From positions 20,405 through 84,404 of the forward strand of contig JBEDDM010000001.1 of assembly GCA_041176225.1 (NCBI GenBank): 64,000 bases of DNA. Reading direction: 5' to 3'. Source of the DNA: Chloroflexota bacterium (GTDB lineage: Bacteria > Chloroflexota > Limnocylindria > Limnocylindrales > Limnocylindraceae). Below the pieces are notes generated by a model. It had not been told where the DNA came from. It worked only from the letters and a program-made list of their open reading frames with translations, and searched no databases. A program made the position numbers and the translations under genes. This document shows positions 1 through 9,343 of the stretch, piece after piece (the stretch's first letter is position 1; each line of letters begins with the position of its first letter).

Positions 1-1104
1 GAGGTACGCAAGCGTGAGTACCCCCCATGTGTTGGCAATCAACACCAGCGCGGTTACGGCGGCGATCGGACGCCAGCGCGGGAGCGCCGCGGCGAGTGCA
101 AGGGTGAGCGGAACTGCGGGGAAGAGGTAGCGCTCATGGACGCGCGTTGGGAGGACGAAGAAGGCGATCGCGATCAGCGCGAGGGCGGCGACCGTTCTGG
201 TGCGCTCGTCGTGTCGTGCCGCCCACACCGCCGCGGCGATCGCCACAACGAGCAATAGTGTGCCGATAAAGAGTGCCGGTGGGCCGAAGCCAAAGAGAGG
301 AGCGGTGTCGCTCCCCCAACCTCCGTTCAGGAGGATGCCTGTCCCACCACTATCCGCGAGCGCCCAGAGACTCCACGCGTTCACGCTCAAGTATGGGTAG
401 GTTGCCGCCGCCTCGCCAACCCTCTGGATCAGGTCAATCACGGTTAGGCCAAATGGAAGTGCCGCAACGGAGACTACCGCCGTGCCGGTGAGGGCAATGA
501 GTGGGAGTGACCAAACATCGCCGCTGCGACGCGCGCGGACGATTGCAATCACCGCAATCAGGGGGATGAGGATTCCGAACTGCGGCTTGATCACTGCGGC
601 GAGTGCGGCGAGTGCGGCGGCGCGGACGGTGCGCCCTTTGATTAGCTCTGTGACTGCAACGACCAGCACGCTCGTTCCAACGGCATCGACCTGCCCCCAG
701 ACTGCAGAGTTCAGCCACGTGATTGGTGTGAACGCAAGGAGGAGGGCGACCACGCGCTGCGCGCGCGTTGATGCACCGAGCTCGCTCGCCAACCGAACCG
801 TGGCAACGATCAGTAGGCCGTCGGCAAGGATCCCTGGGAGCTTGATCAGCGCACCAGGATCAAACGATCCTGTGAGCACACTGCTGAGTGCGCCGAGTGG
901 CCAGAGGATCCAGAGATAGCCAGGGAGATAATCAAGAAAGTAGCCGCGTGTGTATGCGCCGAGCGGACCGTTCGCACCAAGGTCTGCCGCCCAGAAACGA
1001 AATGCTTCGAGGTCTGCGGTGAACCCAGCGTTCGCCGGAAGGAACACGTATGCGATGATCATGCGCAACAGAAGTGCGAAGACGACGATCAGCGCAGTGC
1101 TCAT
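1..1104 (-). CDS. Polytopic membrane protein, probable GT-C-type glycosyltransferase (ArnT/PMT/DUF2029-like). The 3' end runs off the window start, so it is absent from the ORF track (no in-window stop).
   Basis: Manual reverse-complement translation from an ATG at 1104 gives an uninterrupted reading frame to position 1 (MSTALIVVFALLLRMIIAYVFLPANAGFTADLEAFRFWAADLG...YFLDYLPGYLWILWPLG...). It has multiple hydrophobic helices and is divergent from a GT2 gene. The start codon is uncertain: no SD and no in-frame stop are visible upstream. Confidence 0.55.
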   Translation of the reverse strand, partial: MSTALIVVFALLLRMIIAYVFLPANAGFTADLEAFRFWAADLGANGPLGAYTRGYFLDYLPGYLWILWPLGALSSVLTGSFDPGALIKLPGILADGLLIVATVRLASELGASTRAQRVVALLLAFTPITWLNSAVWGQVDAVGTSVLVVAVTELIKGRTVRAAALAALAAVIKPQFGILIPLIAVIAIVRARRSGDVWSLPLIALTGTAVVSVAALPFGLTVIDLIQRVGEAAATYPYLSVNAWSLWALADSGGTGILLNGGWGSDTAPLFGFGPPALFIGTLLLVVAIAAAVWAARHDERTRTVAALALIAIAFFVLPTRVHERYLFPAVPLTLALAAALPRWRPIAAVTALVLIANTWGVLTLAYL

Positions 1105-1132
1105 GGGGTGAGTGTAGCCGTGGAGGAGGCAG

Positions 1133-1879
1133 GTGAAGATACCGATTAACGAGCTCTCCCTCTTCTTTCCGTGTCACAACGAGGCGGAGAACCTTGACGC
1201 GCTTGTTGCTGAGGCGCTGAGCGCACTCCCTACGCTCGCTGAGCGGTATGAGGTGATCCTTGTTGATGACGGCTCTACGGATGCAACCCCTGCCGTCGCG
1301 GCGCGGCTTGAAGCGGCTCACCCGAACGTTGTTCGCGTGATTCGACACGACATAAATCGCGGGTATGGCGGAGCGCTCCGCTCCGGGTTTGGTGGCGCGC
1401 GCTACGAGTGGATTGCGTTCACCGATGGGGATCGGCAGTTCCGCGTTGCTGATCTTGCAGCGCTTATCTCGGCCGTGCCAAATAGCGAAACGGTTGCACT
1501 TGGTTATCGCATCAAGCGTGCCGACCCTGCGCTACGGAAGATCTACGCCGCGGTGTATCGTCTCGCGAATCGTCTCTGGTTTGGCCTTCCGGTGCGCGAT
1601 GTGGACTGTGCAATGAAGCTCTTCCCTCGCACCGCGCTGCACGGCGTTGCCGTTGCATCGAACGGGGCGTTCTTTTCCGCAGAGCTGCTTATCAAGCTGC
1701 GGGCGCGTGGCGTGCAGATGGTTGAAGTCGGTGTTCCGCACTTCCCGCGCGTTGCCGGATCTGCCAGCGGCGCTCGGCCCTCCGTGGTGTTTGCGGCGGT
1801 GCGTGACTTCTGGTCGCTTCGTGGTGCGCTCTGGTTCCGCCGCGCAAGTGCACTTGCGCGGGGGGTTCGGCTCCTCTAG
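1133..1879 (+). CDS. Family 2 glycosyltransferase (polyprenyl-phosphate sugar synthase / DPM1-like)
   Basis: 248-aa ORF with an ...ILVDDGSTDAT... DxD-region and a GT2 fold signature. GTG start at 1133 is preceded by GGAGGAGG (1122-1129). Confidence 0.8.
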   Translation: MKIPINELSLFFPCHNEAENLDALVAEALSALPTLAERYEVILVDDGSTDATPAVAARLEAAHPNVVRVIRHDINRGYGGALRSGFGGARYEWIAFTDGDRQFRVADLAALISAVPNSETVALGYRIKRADPALRKIYAAVYRLANRLWFGLPVRDVDCAMKLFPRTALHGVAVASNGAFFSAELLIKLRARGVQMVEVGVPHFPRVAGSASGARPSVVFAAVRDFWSLRGALWFRRASALARGVRLL

Positions 1880-1880
1880 T

Positions 1881-2387
1881 TCAGCGCTCCGGGTCGCTCC
1901 CCTTCACGTCGTTCGGCTGGTCACCGTCGAGCGAGTTCACAAAGTCTCGGAAGAGCGAAAGGCGCTCCTCCTCGGCGGCCTCAGGAACGATCCCTTCGGC
2001 TGCGAGGAGGTCGAGTGAGATAAAGATTGGTGCGTTGGCGCGGAGGGCAAGTGCGACGGCGTCGCTTGGTCGGGCGTCGAGTTCCTGTACTGCGCCGCCC
2101 GTAGGGGCAACCAGCATTCGCGCGCGAAATGTTTCGTCTCGAAGCTCCACGATTCGAACCTCGCGCAGCTCTGCGCCGAGCGCGTTCATCATGAGTGTTG
2201 CAATGTCATGGGTGAGCGGGCGCTCGGGGCGCACCCCTTGCAGGTGATACGCGATCGCGTTCGCTTCGTTTGGACCGATCGGGATTGGAAGATATCGTCG
2301 CTCTTCTGCATCACGGAGGAGCAAGATGTGTGTTCCAGAGATCATCTGGACGCGAACCCCCTCAACAACCGCTCGTCGTAGATCCAT
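1881..2387 (-). CDS. Bifunctional nuclease family protein (DUF151/BFN domain)
   Basis: ORF 1881..2468; likely start at the internal Met (MDLRRAVVEGVRVQMISGTHILLL...RYLPIPIGPNEANAIA), matching the DUF151 motif pattern. Confidence 0.6.
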   Translation of the reverse strand: MDLRRAVVEGVRVQMISGTHILLLRDAEERRYLPIPIGPNEANAIAYHLQGVRPERPLTHDIATLMMNALGAELREVRIVELRDETFRARMLVAPTGGAVQELDARPSDAVALALRANAPIFISLDLLAAEGIVPEAAEEERLSLFRDFVNSLDGDQPNDVKGSDPER

Positions 2388-2442
2388 GCGGTGATGATCC
2401 CACCCTTCGCCGTGCCGTGCGCGCCGCACACAGCACCGCGTG

Positions 2443-4914
2443 TTACGGCTGAGTGCTTGGTAGTTCAATCACAGGAGCGGCGGTGGCGGCTGGGGTTGGA
2501 GTGCCGCCAGGGGCTACCGCTGCGCCGAGTACCGCACCTCTGATGCGCCCCTCTTCAGCCCAGATGAACGTCGGCGCTCCGCCATCTCGTGCAAGCGCGA
2601 TGTAGCCACCAACGATGTTGGAGACAACGCCATCGGGGGCCACAAGTTGATACTGCGCGAGCACGCTCCCGGAGGCCGCCTTGCTGTACGCGAGCATTCG
2701 CTGGTTGCGGACATCCCAGCCGTAAAGCACGCCTGTCCGGCTTGCGCCTGCGGAGAGGATGAGTCGAATTTCTGGGCTGCTGCGGATCACGCTGTCACCA
2801 GGGTCCGCTGGGACCCACTCGTCCACAGCGCCGCCAACATACCTTTGAACCAGGCCGTCTTGCGCAAGGTAGAGGTCGCCGTCAATTTCCATGGCGTCCA
2901 CACCGGTGAGCGACGTTGGGTTAATCAGATACCCGGTTGGTGGGGCCGGATAGCCCGTCCCATCGGGCGCGGGCGTGTATCGCAAGATTTGTCGCGCTGA
3001 GGGGTCAACTACATAGATTCTATACAGGCCTGTCCCCTCATCAGCAGCAAACCCGGAGATGATCGTTACGTCGCTCCCCCAAAGTTCGCCGTCCCGCACA
3101 CGGAGCTTCACGAGTGTTCCTTTCCCGCTTAGGTCGGCCGGCCGCCATCGCCAAAGGTTTGACGAGGCGTCAAAGATGAGGATGTCTGGTCCTGACGCGC
3201 TGATTGTCTGCGCGCGGCCCGTGGTGCTACCAAATAGTTCGTATCCGGGCTGGTAAATTACGGTTGCGCGAGGGTTTGGTTGCGCCGCCGGGTCGACTCG
3301 GTATACCGCTCCTGAGTAATCATCAAGGATATAGCTGTATCCGTCCGGCCCTTGGGTGATTGCCGTGATCTTGATGGGAACTGTTGCAGATGCGAAATCA
3401 AACACATCAAAAACTGAGGCGCGAGTGAGGAGGAAGAGTTTGTCGAGTGGCGCCTCCATCCTTTTGCGAAGTGCGTTGATCTCTGACACCGAGGCGCCAC
3501 CCGCTTCGGCGATCGCGAGTTTCTCTGTTGCACCAACCAGCAGTGTTCGCGCACGGTCTGGGTCACTTACAAGCAAATTGGTGACTGGGTTGAGTGCCTC
3601 ATCAACGGCTCGTGTTGCTTCAGCGAGGGACTCACGCGCATTTGCTGCAGCATCAAGCGTTGGATTCGTTTGATTCAGATAGACGCTTGCAGCACCGCCA
3701 ATTGCGGTGATGAGAATTGCTGTGAGCAACACGCTTGCGCTGCGCCGTCGGCTTTGAGCAATCGCCTGCTTCGGTGACACCTCACGTCTACGTTCAATAT
3801 CTAGGCTAGGTTCTGGCACTCGAGAGGCAGCCCACGGGAAGCGCCTCTCAGCTGCGCTAATGAGCCGTCTCGCCGCAGTGTGGAGCCGCGAAGGGGGTGT
3901 GGGCCCACGCTCAGCGCGGGAGCGCTCAATCTCTGGCTCAGCCCCGGGGCTGCGCTCCGCGCGCGCTCGTGCGGCTCGGCGGATCGCCTCGCGGTTTCTT
4001 GCATCACGGCTTGGTTGAGCCACGCGCGCCGCCGGACCGCGTGTTGACACCCCGCCACGCGCGCCGCTGCCTCGGCGCTCGGCGAGCACCTCTTGGGCGG
4101 CTCGATCAATTGGGGTGTACGGCTCCGTTGGATGTTCCGGGCGGCGGCGGTCCGCCTCTGGTTTTGGCGGCACAGCGGCGGCGATGAGCTCACTCCGTTC
4201 GTCGTTCCCCCCCTCCCATCTCGCGCGTGCCCGCGCTTTAGCCTGGGCGATGTTGTCTGTAGGGATTGCCAGGAGTGTGTCGTTTGCCTGCGAGGCGCTG
4301 CGCGGTGGTGGTAGCGCAGGTTCTTCGCTTGCAAGAAGGAGTGCGAGCTCTGCACCGTCGTTTGTCGGTCCTGGCCGACGCTTCAAAAGTTCTCGCCCCT
4401 CCTCTTCGCTGGCCGCAAGCGCGATTCGATCGCCGGGTGCAAGTGCAACACGCCCAGTGACAACCCCTTGCCGTTGCGCAGCTTTGGTTGACGCACCCGG
4501 CGCACCAGAGGGGAACAAGACAGTGACGTGTCGGCTTTCGCGGAGGAGTGAGGCGACGGCAGTGAGGTTTCCGCCTGATGCGGCCCACGCTTCACGACGA
4601 AGGAGGCCGACCATGCAGACCTCGCTCTGTTCGCCGAGCTGCTCGCGAAGCGCAACGATGATGGTGCGCGCACGCTCACCGGCGCCCCCTTCTCCTTGGT
4701 CAAAAAGATTCAGTGCGCGCTCGGCTGCCGCCTTGAGTTGAGATGTGTTCGATCCTGGGGCGGAGAGTAGAACCGCGCGCGCGCCGAGCGTGCGTGCGGT
4801 TGTGGGGCTCGTCGGCATGCGCAGTAGAAGTGCGCGGTCGCCCGCGGTGACCAGCGTCGCCGAGCCAACCAAGAGGGTTGGTTGCGCGTTAGTTGTTCGA
4901 AGGTTGTCGTTCAT
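2443..4914 (-). CDS. Large single-pass membrane protein of unknown function. It has an N-terminal cytoplasmic domain (~200 aa), an Arg/Pro/Glu-rich linker, one TM helix, and a C-terminal ~450-aa extracytoplasmic repeat (beta-propeller-like) domain.
   Basis: 823-aa ORF. TM segment SVLLTAILITAIGGAASVYL. The C-terminal region shows repeated ~45-aa units with G-x-(L/V)Y-x-x-D and W/Y motifs. The N-terminal segment weakly resembles the C-terminal half of PP2C/SpoIIE (…GRVALAPGDRIALAASEE…). Starts 17 nt downstream of the DUF721 gene. Confidence 0.5.
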   Translation of the reverse strand: MNDNLRTTNAQPTLLVGSATLVTAGDRALLLRMPTSPTTARTLGARAVLLSAPGSNTSQLKAAAERALNLFDQGEGGAGERARTIIVALREQLGEQSEVCMVGLLRREAWAASGGNLTAVASLLRESRHVTVLFPSGAPGASTKAAQRQGVVTGRVALAPGDRIALAASEEEGRELLKRRPGPTNDGAELALLLASEEPALPPPRSASQANDTLLAIPTDNIAQAKARARARWEGGNDERSELIAAAVPPKPEADRRRPEHPTEPYTPIDRAAQEVLAERRGSGARGGVSTRGPAARVAQPSRDARNREAIRRAARARAERSPGAEPEIERSRAERGPTPPSRLHTAARRLISAAERRFPWAASRVPEPSLDIERRREVSPKQAIAQSRRRSASVLLTAILITAIGGAASVYLNQTNPTLDAAANARESLAEATRAVDEALNPVTNLLVSDPDRARTLLVGATEKLAIAEAGGASVSEINALRKRMEAPLDKLFLLTRASVFDVFDFASATVPIKITAITQGPDGYSYILDDYSGAVYRVDPAAQPNPRATVIYQPGYELFGSTTGRAQTISASGPDILIFDASSNLWRWRPADLSGKGTLVKLRVRDGELWGSDVTIISGFAADEGTGLYRIYVVDPSARQILRYTPAPDGTGYPAPPTGYLINPTSLTGVDAMEIDGDLYLAQDGLVQRYVGGAVDEWVPADPGDSVIRSSPEIRLILSAGASRTGVLYGWDVRNQRMLAYSKAASGSVLAQYQLVAPDGVVSNIVGGYIALARDGGAPTFIWAEEGRIRGAVLGAAVAPGGTPTPAATAAPVIELPSTQP

Positions 4915-4930
4915 TGCACTGAGGATACGC

Positions 4931-5281
4931 CTAGTGTCGCTCGGTATCGTCGTTGCCCTGTCTAAGGCGCACGGTTAGCCCGATCGCGCGCGCGCCGCCT
5001 GGGTGGCTCGAATAGGCGCTGGCAATCTCGGCGCTACGTAGGTGGAGCTCTTGCGCGGTTGCGCGATCGTCAACCTCAATCGCAAGTCGGCCCCCTTCAC
5101 TCCCCGCCGTGAGTCGGCAGTGCGGCGCAAGGTGTGGCGCAATCTGCACGAGAAGCTCGTGAAAGACACGAGCGCGTTGTGAAAGTTCAAGCTCTTCTTG
5201 AAAGCCGAGCGCACGCGCCGCTTCAGGAATCAGTGTGCTCAACTTCTGCGGCTTCCCTTTACGTTGACGCTTATCGTTCAC
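4931..5281 (-). CDS. DUF721 family protein (the recF-downstream gene found in origin regions)
   Basis: 116-aa ORF overlapping the recF stop; position and size are typical of DUF721. Confidence 0.65.
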   Translation of the reverse strand: MNDKRQRKGKPQKLSTLIPEAARALGFQEELELSQRARVFHELLVQIAPHLAPHCRLTAGSEGGRLAIEVDDRATAQELHLRSAEIASAYSSHPGGARAIGLTVRLRQGNDDTERH

Positions 5282-6431
5282 GTTTCACCTCGCTTCCGCG
5301 CGGACCTCGAACCACCTCTTGGCATGCGCTGGCGGCGACGAGCCGCGGAGCGAGATCGCCGAGCGTCGTGGTGGTGATGATGGTCTGGGGGAGTGAGGTC
5401 AGGCGCTGGACGAGATGATCGCGTCGCTCCGGATCAAGCTCCGAGAATGCATCGTCGAGCAGAAGGAGAGGCGGCTCGCCGTGATCGGTAGTCAGCAGCT
5501 CAATCTCCGCAAAAAGAAGTGCGAGAAGTAGGCTGCGCTGTTGTCCGCGCGATGCGATCGGCGCGAGGTCCTTTCCGTCCGCCTTAAACGTCAGGTCATC
5601 ACGGTGTGGGCCGACCAGCGTGTGTCCTTGATAACCCTCGCTCTCCGCGGTTTCGTCAAACGATCTGCGTAGGTGGGTCGCGGCGGCGTCCGCGTCGTCA
5701 TCTAGAAGGTGCGCTTCACGCGAAACATAGTGGGCGGTGAGATCGCCCTCTGTAGGGGCAACCTCACGGTGCGCGGTTGTGAGGGGGCCTGCGAGTGCGC
5801 GCAGCAGTTCGTTGCGAGCCGCAACAATCTCTGCGCCGCTACTGATCAAGAGCTCAGTCCATGGTTTCATCTCTGCGCTGATCGCCCGCCGCTCGGCACC
5901 GTCGCTCTCGAGCGCATCCTTCAAGAGCCGGTTGCGCTGCTTGAGCGTGCGTTCATACCTGGTGAGGGCGGCACGGTAGCCCGCCTTCCACTGGATTGCC
6001 ATTCGGTCCAGGGCGGCGCGGCGCACAGAGGGGGCCCCGACGACGAGGCCTGTCTCTTCCGGAACAAAGGCGGCGATCTTGAGCTTCTCGCCGAGCGTCT
6101 CGCTCCTTCGCGCGGTGCCGTTCACGAGATACCGGGTGCGCTCCGAGCGGCCGATCTCTGCGGCGAGTGTGGTTGCCGCAAGCGGATCGTCCTGCGCCTC
6201 GCGCGGATCTCGGAGGGTGACGGTGAACGCACCGCTGCTTGCCCCCTCCTGGACGAGTTCGCGGAGCGCGCTCGCTCGGTGTGAGCGCCCAGTGGCCGCC
6301 ACGAGCAGCGCCTCAATCGCGGTGGTCTTCCCAGCGCCATTCGCCCCCCAGAGGATCTGTGGCCCTGCAGAGAAGCGGATCTCTCCGGCGGTCCAGCTCC
6401 GAATCTGTTGGAGGCGCACGCGCTCAATCAC
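5271..6431 (-). CDS. recF: DNA replication/repair protein RecF
   Basis: Walker A GANGAGKTT near the N-terminus and a C-terminal LLLDDAFSELD signature; sits downstream of dnaN. Confidence 0.95.
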   Translation of the reverse strand: MIERVRLQQIRSWTAGEIRFSAGPQILWGANGAGKTTAIEALLVAATGRSHRASALRELVQEGASSGAFTVTLRDPREAQDDPLAATTLAAEIGRSERTRYLVNGTARRSETLGEKLKIAAFVPEETGLVVGAPSVRRAALDRMAIQWKAGYRAALTRYERTLKQRNRLLKDALESDGAERRAISAEMKPWTELLISSGAEIVAARNELLRALAGPLTTAHREVAPTEGDLTAHYVSREAHLLDDDADAAATHLRRSFDETAESEGYQGHTLVGPHRDDLTFKADGKDLAPIASRGQQRSLLLALLFAEIELLTTDHGEPPLLLLDDAFSELDPERRDHLVQRLTSLPQTIITTTTLGDLAPRLVAASACQEVVRGPRGSEVKRER

Positions 6432-6495
6432 TTTCGTCCACTCCTCTTCATCGGTTCACGGGCGTGTGTGCCGCGCGGTGTGCGGCACCGTCTGA

Positions 6496-7641
6496 TCAGG
6501 AGGGGGTGCGCACCGGCATCACGACGTGGAGGTAGTCGCGCCCGTCAAGCGGACGGAGCAGCCCTGGTGCGATCGGTCCGGTGAGCTCCAGGGAGAACTG
6601 GTCTGCTTCCACGCGAGAGAGGACATCCACAAGATACTTCGCGTTAAACGCAATTGTTGTCCCTTCCCCTTCAACCTTAGCCTCAACGTGTGCCGCGTGA
6701 TCGCCAACGTCTGCGGCGGCGGTGATGTCAATTGCTCCACCGCCTTCAGATGTAATCGCGAATCGCACGATGTGCGCTGACGCGTCGGCAACAACTTGCG
6801 CAAGGCGAACGGCGCGCAAGAAATCGTCGCGCACGATAGTTACCTTTGTGGTGTGAGACGTTGGGATCACTTGCTGGAATGGTGGGAACTGCCCATCAAT
6901 AAGTCGGCTGACCAACACGGTGTCGCCGAGCTTGAACTGCAGTTGGTTCTTTGCCGGTGTCAACGTGATCTCAACGAGGTCATCAACGTCTGAGAGCAGA
7001 CGAAGGAGTTCGGCATACGCGCGCGCAGGCACAATGATGCTCGTCTCTGGTGCCGCCTCTGCAAGCGCAGCGCCAGCGACTGCGATGCGGTAGTTGTCCG
7101 CGGCGGCAAACGTTGCCTTCTCTCCAGTGAGGCTTGTGAGCACGCCGGTGAGGATCGGTCGCGCTTCGTCGCCCGCGGCGGCAAACACGGTTGAGTCGAG
7201 TGCGGCGCGCAGCTCTTTCTGGGAGATCCGCGCCGTGACGCGCTCGCCAGCGGCCCCAACTTGAGGGAAGTCGTCGGCGGGTGTTGCGCGAAGGTGTGAT
7301 GCGCTGCGACCGCACTTCAGGTGAACACGGCCGTCCGGGAGAAGCGAGATATCAATCTTCTCGTTCGGGAGCCCGTTCACCACGTCGCTGAGGAGGCGTG
7401 CTGGGATCGTTGTTGCACCCTTCTCTTCAATCTTGGCGGGGACCCAGTGGGTCACCGCGATCTCGAGGTTGGTTGCCACAAGGCGGAGCCCGCCGTCTTC
7501 GGTGCCGAGGTAGACGTTCGAGAGGATCGGAAGCGTGTTCCGAGAGGCCACGCCGTGACCTACAACCGCCAGGCCGCGTGCAAGGTTCTCCTGAATCACC
7601 GATAGCTTCATTTCAACTCCTCCACATACCCCTCTAGGCAT
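6496..7641 (-). CDS. dnaN: DNA polymerase III beta sliding clamp
   Basis: 381 aa; MKLSVIQENLARGL...TNLEIAV matches DnaN; lies between dnaA and recF. Confidence 0.95.
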   Translation of the reverse strand: MPRGVCGGVEMKLSVIQENLARGLAVVGHGVASRNTLPILSNVYLGTEDGGLRLVATNLEIAVTHWVPAKIEEKGATTIPARLLSDVVNGLPNEKIDISLLPDGRVHLKCGRSASHLRATPADDFPQVGAAGERVTARISQKELRAALDSTVFAAAGDEARPILTGVLTSLTGEKATFAAADNYRIAVAGAALAEAAPETSIIVPARAYAELLRLLSDVDDLVEITLTPAKNQLQFKLGDTVLVSRLIDGQFPPFQQVIPTSHTTKVTIVRDDFLRAVRLAQVVADASAHIVRFAITSEGGGAIDITAAADVGDHAAHVEAKVEGEGTTIAFNAKYLVDVLSRVEADQFSLELTGPIAPGLLRPLDGRDYLHVVMPVRTPS

Positions 7642-7912
7642 CTTGCTAATAGTGTCTTATCTCTTTAACCCCGTCACCGCCGTATTCGTAGTGTGGAACC
7701 TGTGGAGCCTACGCGTAAACCCTCGTCCAGGAACCGTGGGGAACCTCCCCTAAAGTGTGAACCACGCACCCCCGGTGCGCGTAAACCCCACCGTTTCTCG
7801 GGAGAGGCTGGGGGGAACCCTAGGCCGGTTCTCCACATCGTGTCCTCAGGCGCTCACGCCCCCCGTGCGTGAGGGCGGTGTTTCCACCACTTCTCCACCA
7901 GATATCCACAGG
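7642..7912. other. Probable chromosomal replication origin (oriC) with a DnaA-box cluster and an AT-rich unwinding element
   Basis: Non-coding dnaA-dnaN spacer. Near-consensus DnaA boxes in one orientation: TTCTCCACA (7819-7827), TTTCCACCA (7871-7879), TTCTCCACC (7881-7889), ATATCCACA (7893-7901). Inverted TGTGGAACC/TGTGGAGCC boxes at 7682-7699. AT-rich stretch at 7629-7660 beside the dnaN start. Confidence 0.7.
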
Positions 7913-9343
7913 CTATGCGGAGGCGGCAGCCCCCTGGCCGTATCGAAGGAGCGCCTCGCGCAGAAGGGCCACCTCTCGGCGGAGTTCCGCGTCGTAGCTC
8001 ATCTCGCGCTCGATCTTGCTGCAGGCGTGAATGATCGTGGAGTGGTCTCGCCCCCCGAGCGCACCGCCAATACGAACGAGCGACGCGTCAGTCTCCTCGC
8101 GCGAGAGGTAGGCGGCGATCTGGCGAGGAACCACAATCTCGCGGTCGCGCTTCGGGCCACGCAGCTGCTCAACGGTCACGCCGTAGTGTTCGGCGACAAC
8201 GGCAACCACCTGCTCCGGCTCAAGGATGCGCTTCGGGCTCGGATAGACCGCCTCGCTCAACACCCGTGCGGCGAGCTCCATCGTGACCGGCATGCCGCTG
8301 AGGCGCCCCACCGCAACGAGACGGGTGAGCGCCCCTTCAAGCTCGCGCACATTACTCTGCACGCGGCGTGCGACCTGCTCTAACACGTCGTCTGCAACGA
8401 TCACGCCACTCTCTTCTACCTTGCTGCGCAGAATGGCGATTCGCGTCTCAAGATCAGGCGAAGAGATGTCTGCAATCAAGCCCCACTCAAAGCGAGAGCG
8501 TAGGCGCTCTTCAAGGAGCGAGATTTCCTTTGGCGTGCGATCCGAAGTGATCACGATCTGCTTCCCTGCGGAGTGGAGGGTGTTGAACGTGTGGAAGAAC
8601 TCTTCTTGCGTCCGCTCCTTGTCCGCAATGAATTGGATGTCGTCGATCAGCAACACGTCAATCTTCCTGAAGCGCGAACGGAACGCATCGGCCGCACCCT
8701 GCTGGATGCCGAGAATAAACTCATTGGTGAACGCTTCACCAGTGATGTAAAGAACACGTCGCTTTGGCGAACGCTCCATCACTGCGTTCCCAATCGCGTG
8801 AAGCAGGTGTGTCTTCCCGAGACCAGTACCGCCGTAAAGGAAGAGCGGGTTGTATGCGCCACCTGGCCGCTCGGAGACAGACTGCGATGCAGCGTGTGCA
8901 AGCCGGCTCGCGGAACCAACGACATACGTCGCGAATGTGTATCGCGCGTTCAGGTTGGTTGGTCGCGCTGGCTCGCTCGCATCAACAACGCGAACCGAAT
9001 CGCTCGAAGGCGTGTGTGCGCGCACCTGTGACACGTTGTCTGTTGACGCACTCTTCTTCCCTGCGAGCGCACCTTGCGCATCAAGCTCATCCTCGCTCAC
9101 AACTTCTACCTGAAGCGTCACGCTATAGCCAACAATCTTTGCGATTGTTTGTGCGATGAGTGAGCGGTAGCGCTCTTCAATCCAATCCTTTGCAAAACCA
9201 GAAGCAACACCGAGCGTGAAAGTGCTGCTCTGTTCGTCAACGCGAAGGAGTGCTGTTCGACGGAACCAGGTTTCGAAGGTCGCCTGGGAGAGGCTGATCT
9301 CTAGCTCTCCGAGAGTGGCGCGCCAGACCTGTCGTCGATCCAT
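7913..9343 (-). CDS. dnaA: Chromosomal replication initiator DnaA
   Basis: 476 aa; AAA+ Walker A GGTGLGKTHLL and a C-terminal DnaA-box-binding domain (…HSTIIHAC…). Confidence 0.97.
   Translation of the reverse strand: MDRRQVWRATLGELEISLSQATFETWFRRTALLRVDEQSSTFTLGVASGFAKDWIEERYRSLIAQTIAKIVGYSVTLQVEVVSEDELDAQGALAGKKSASTDNVSQVRAHTPSSDSVRVVDASEPARPTNLNARYTFATYVVGSASRLAHAASQSVSERPGGAYNPLFLYGGTGLGKTHLLHAIGNAVMERSPKRRVLYITGEAFTNEFILGIQQGAADAFRSRFRKIDVLLIDDIQFIADKERTQEEFFHTFNTLHSAGKQIVITSDRTPKEISLLEERLRSRFEWGLIADISSPDLETRIAILRSKVEESGVIVADDVLEQVARRVQSNVRELEGALTRLVAVGRLSGMPVTMELAARVLSEAVYPSPKRILEPEQVVAVVAEHYGVTVEQLRGPKRDREIVVPRQIAAYLSREETDASLVRIGGALGGRDHSTIIHACSKIEREMSYDAELRREVALLREALLRYGQGAAASA

Noticed and set aside
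2443-3050. Calling the N-terminal domain of the 823-aa protein a PP2C phosphatase
   Set aside because: Only a GDR(I/L)(A/L)L-like motif resembles PP2C. The domain is too short (about 200 aa) and lacks the N-terminal metal-binding half, so it is left as weak similarity only.
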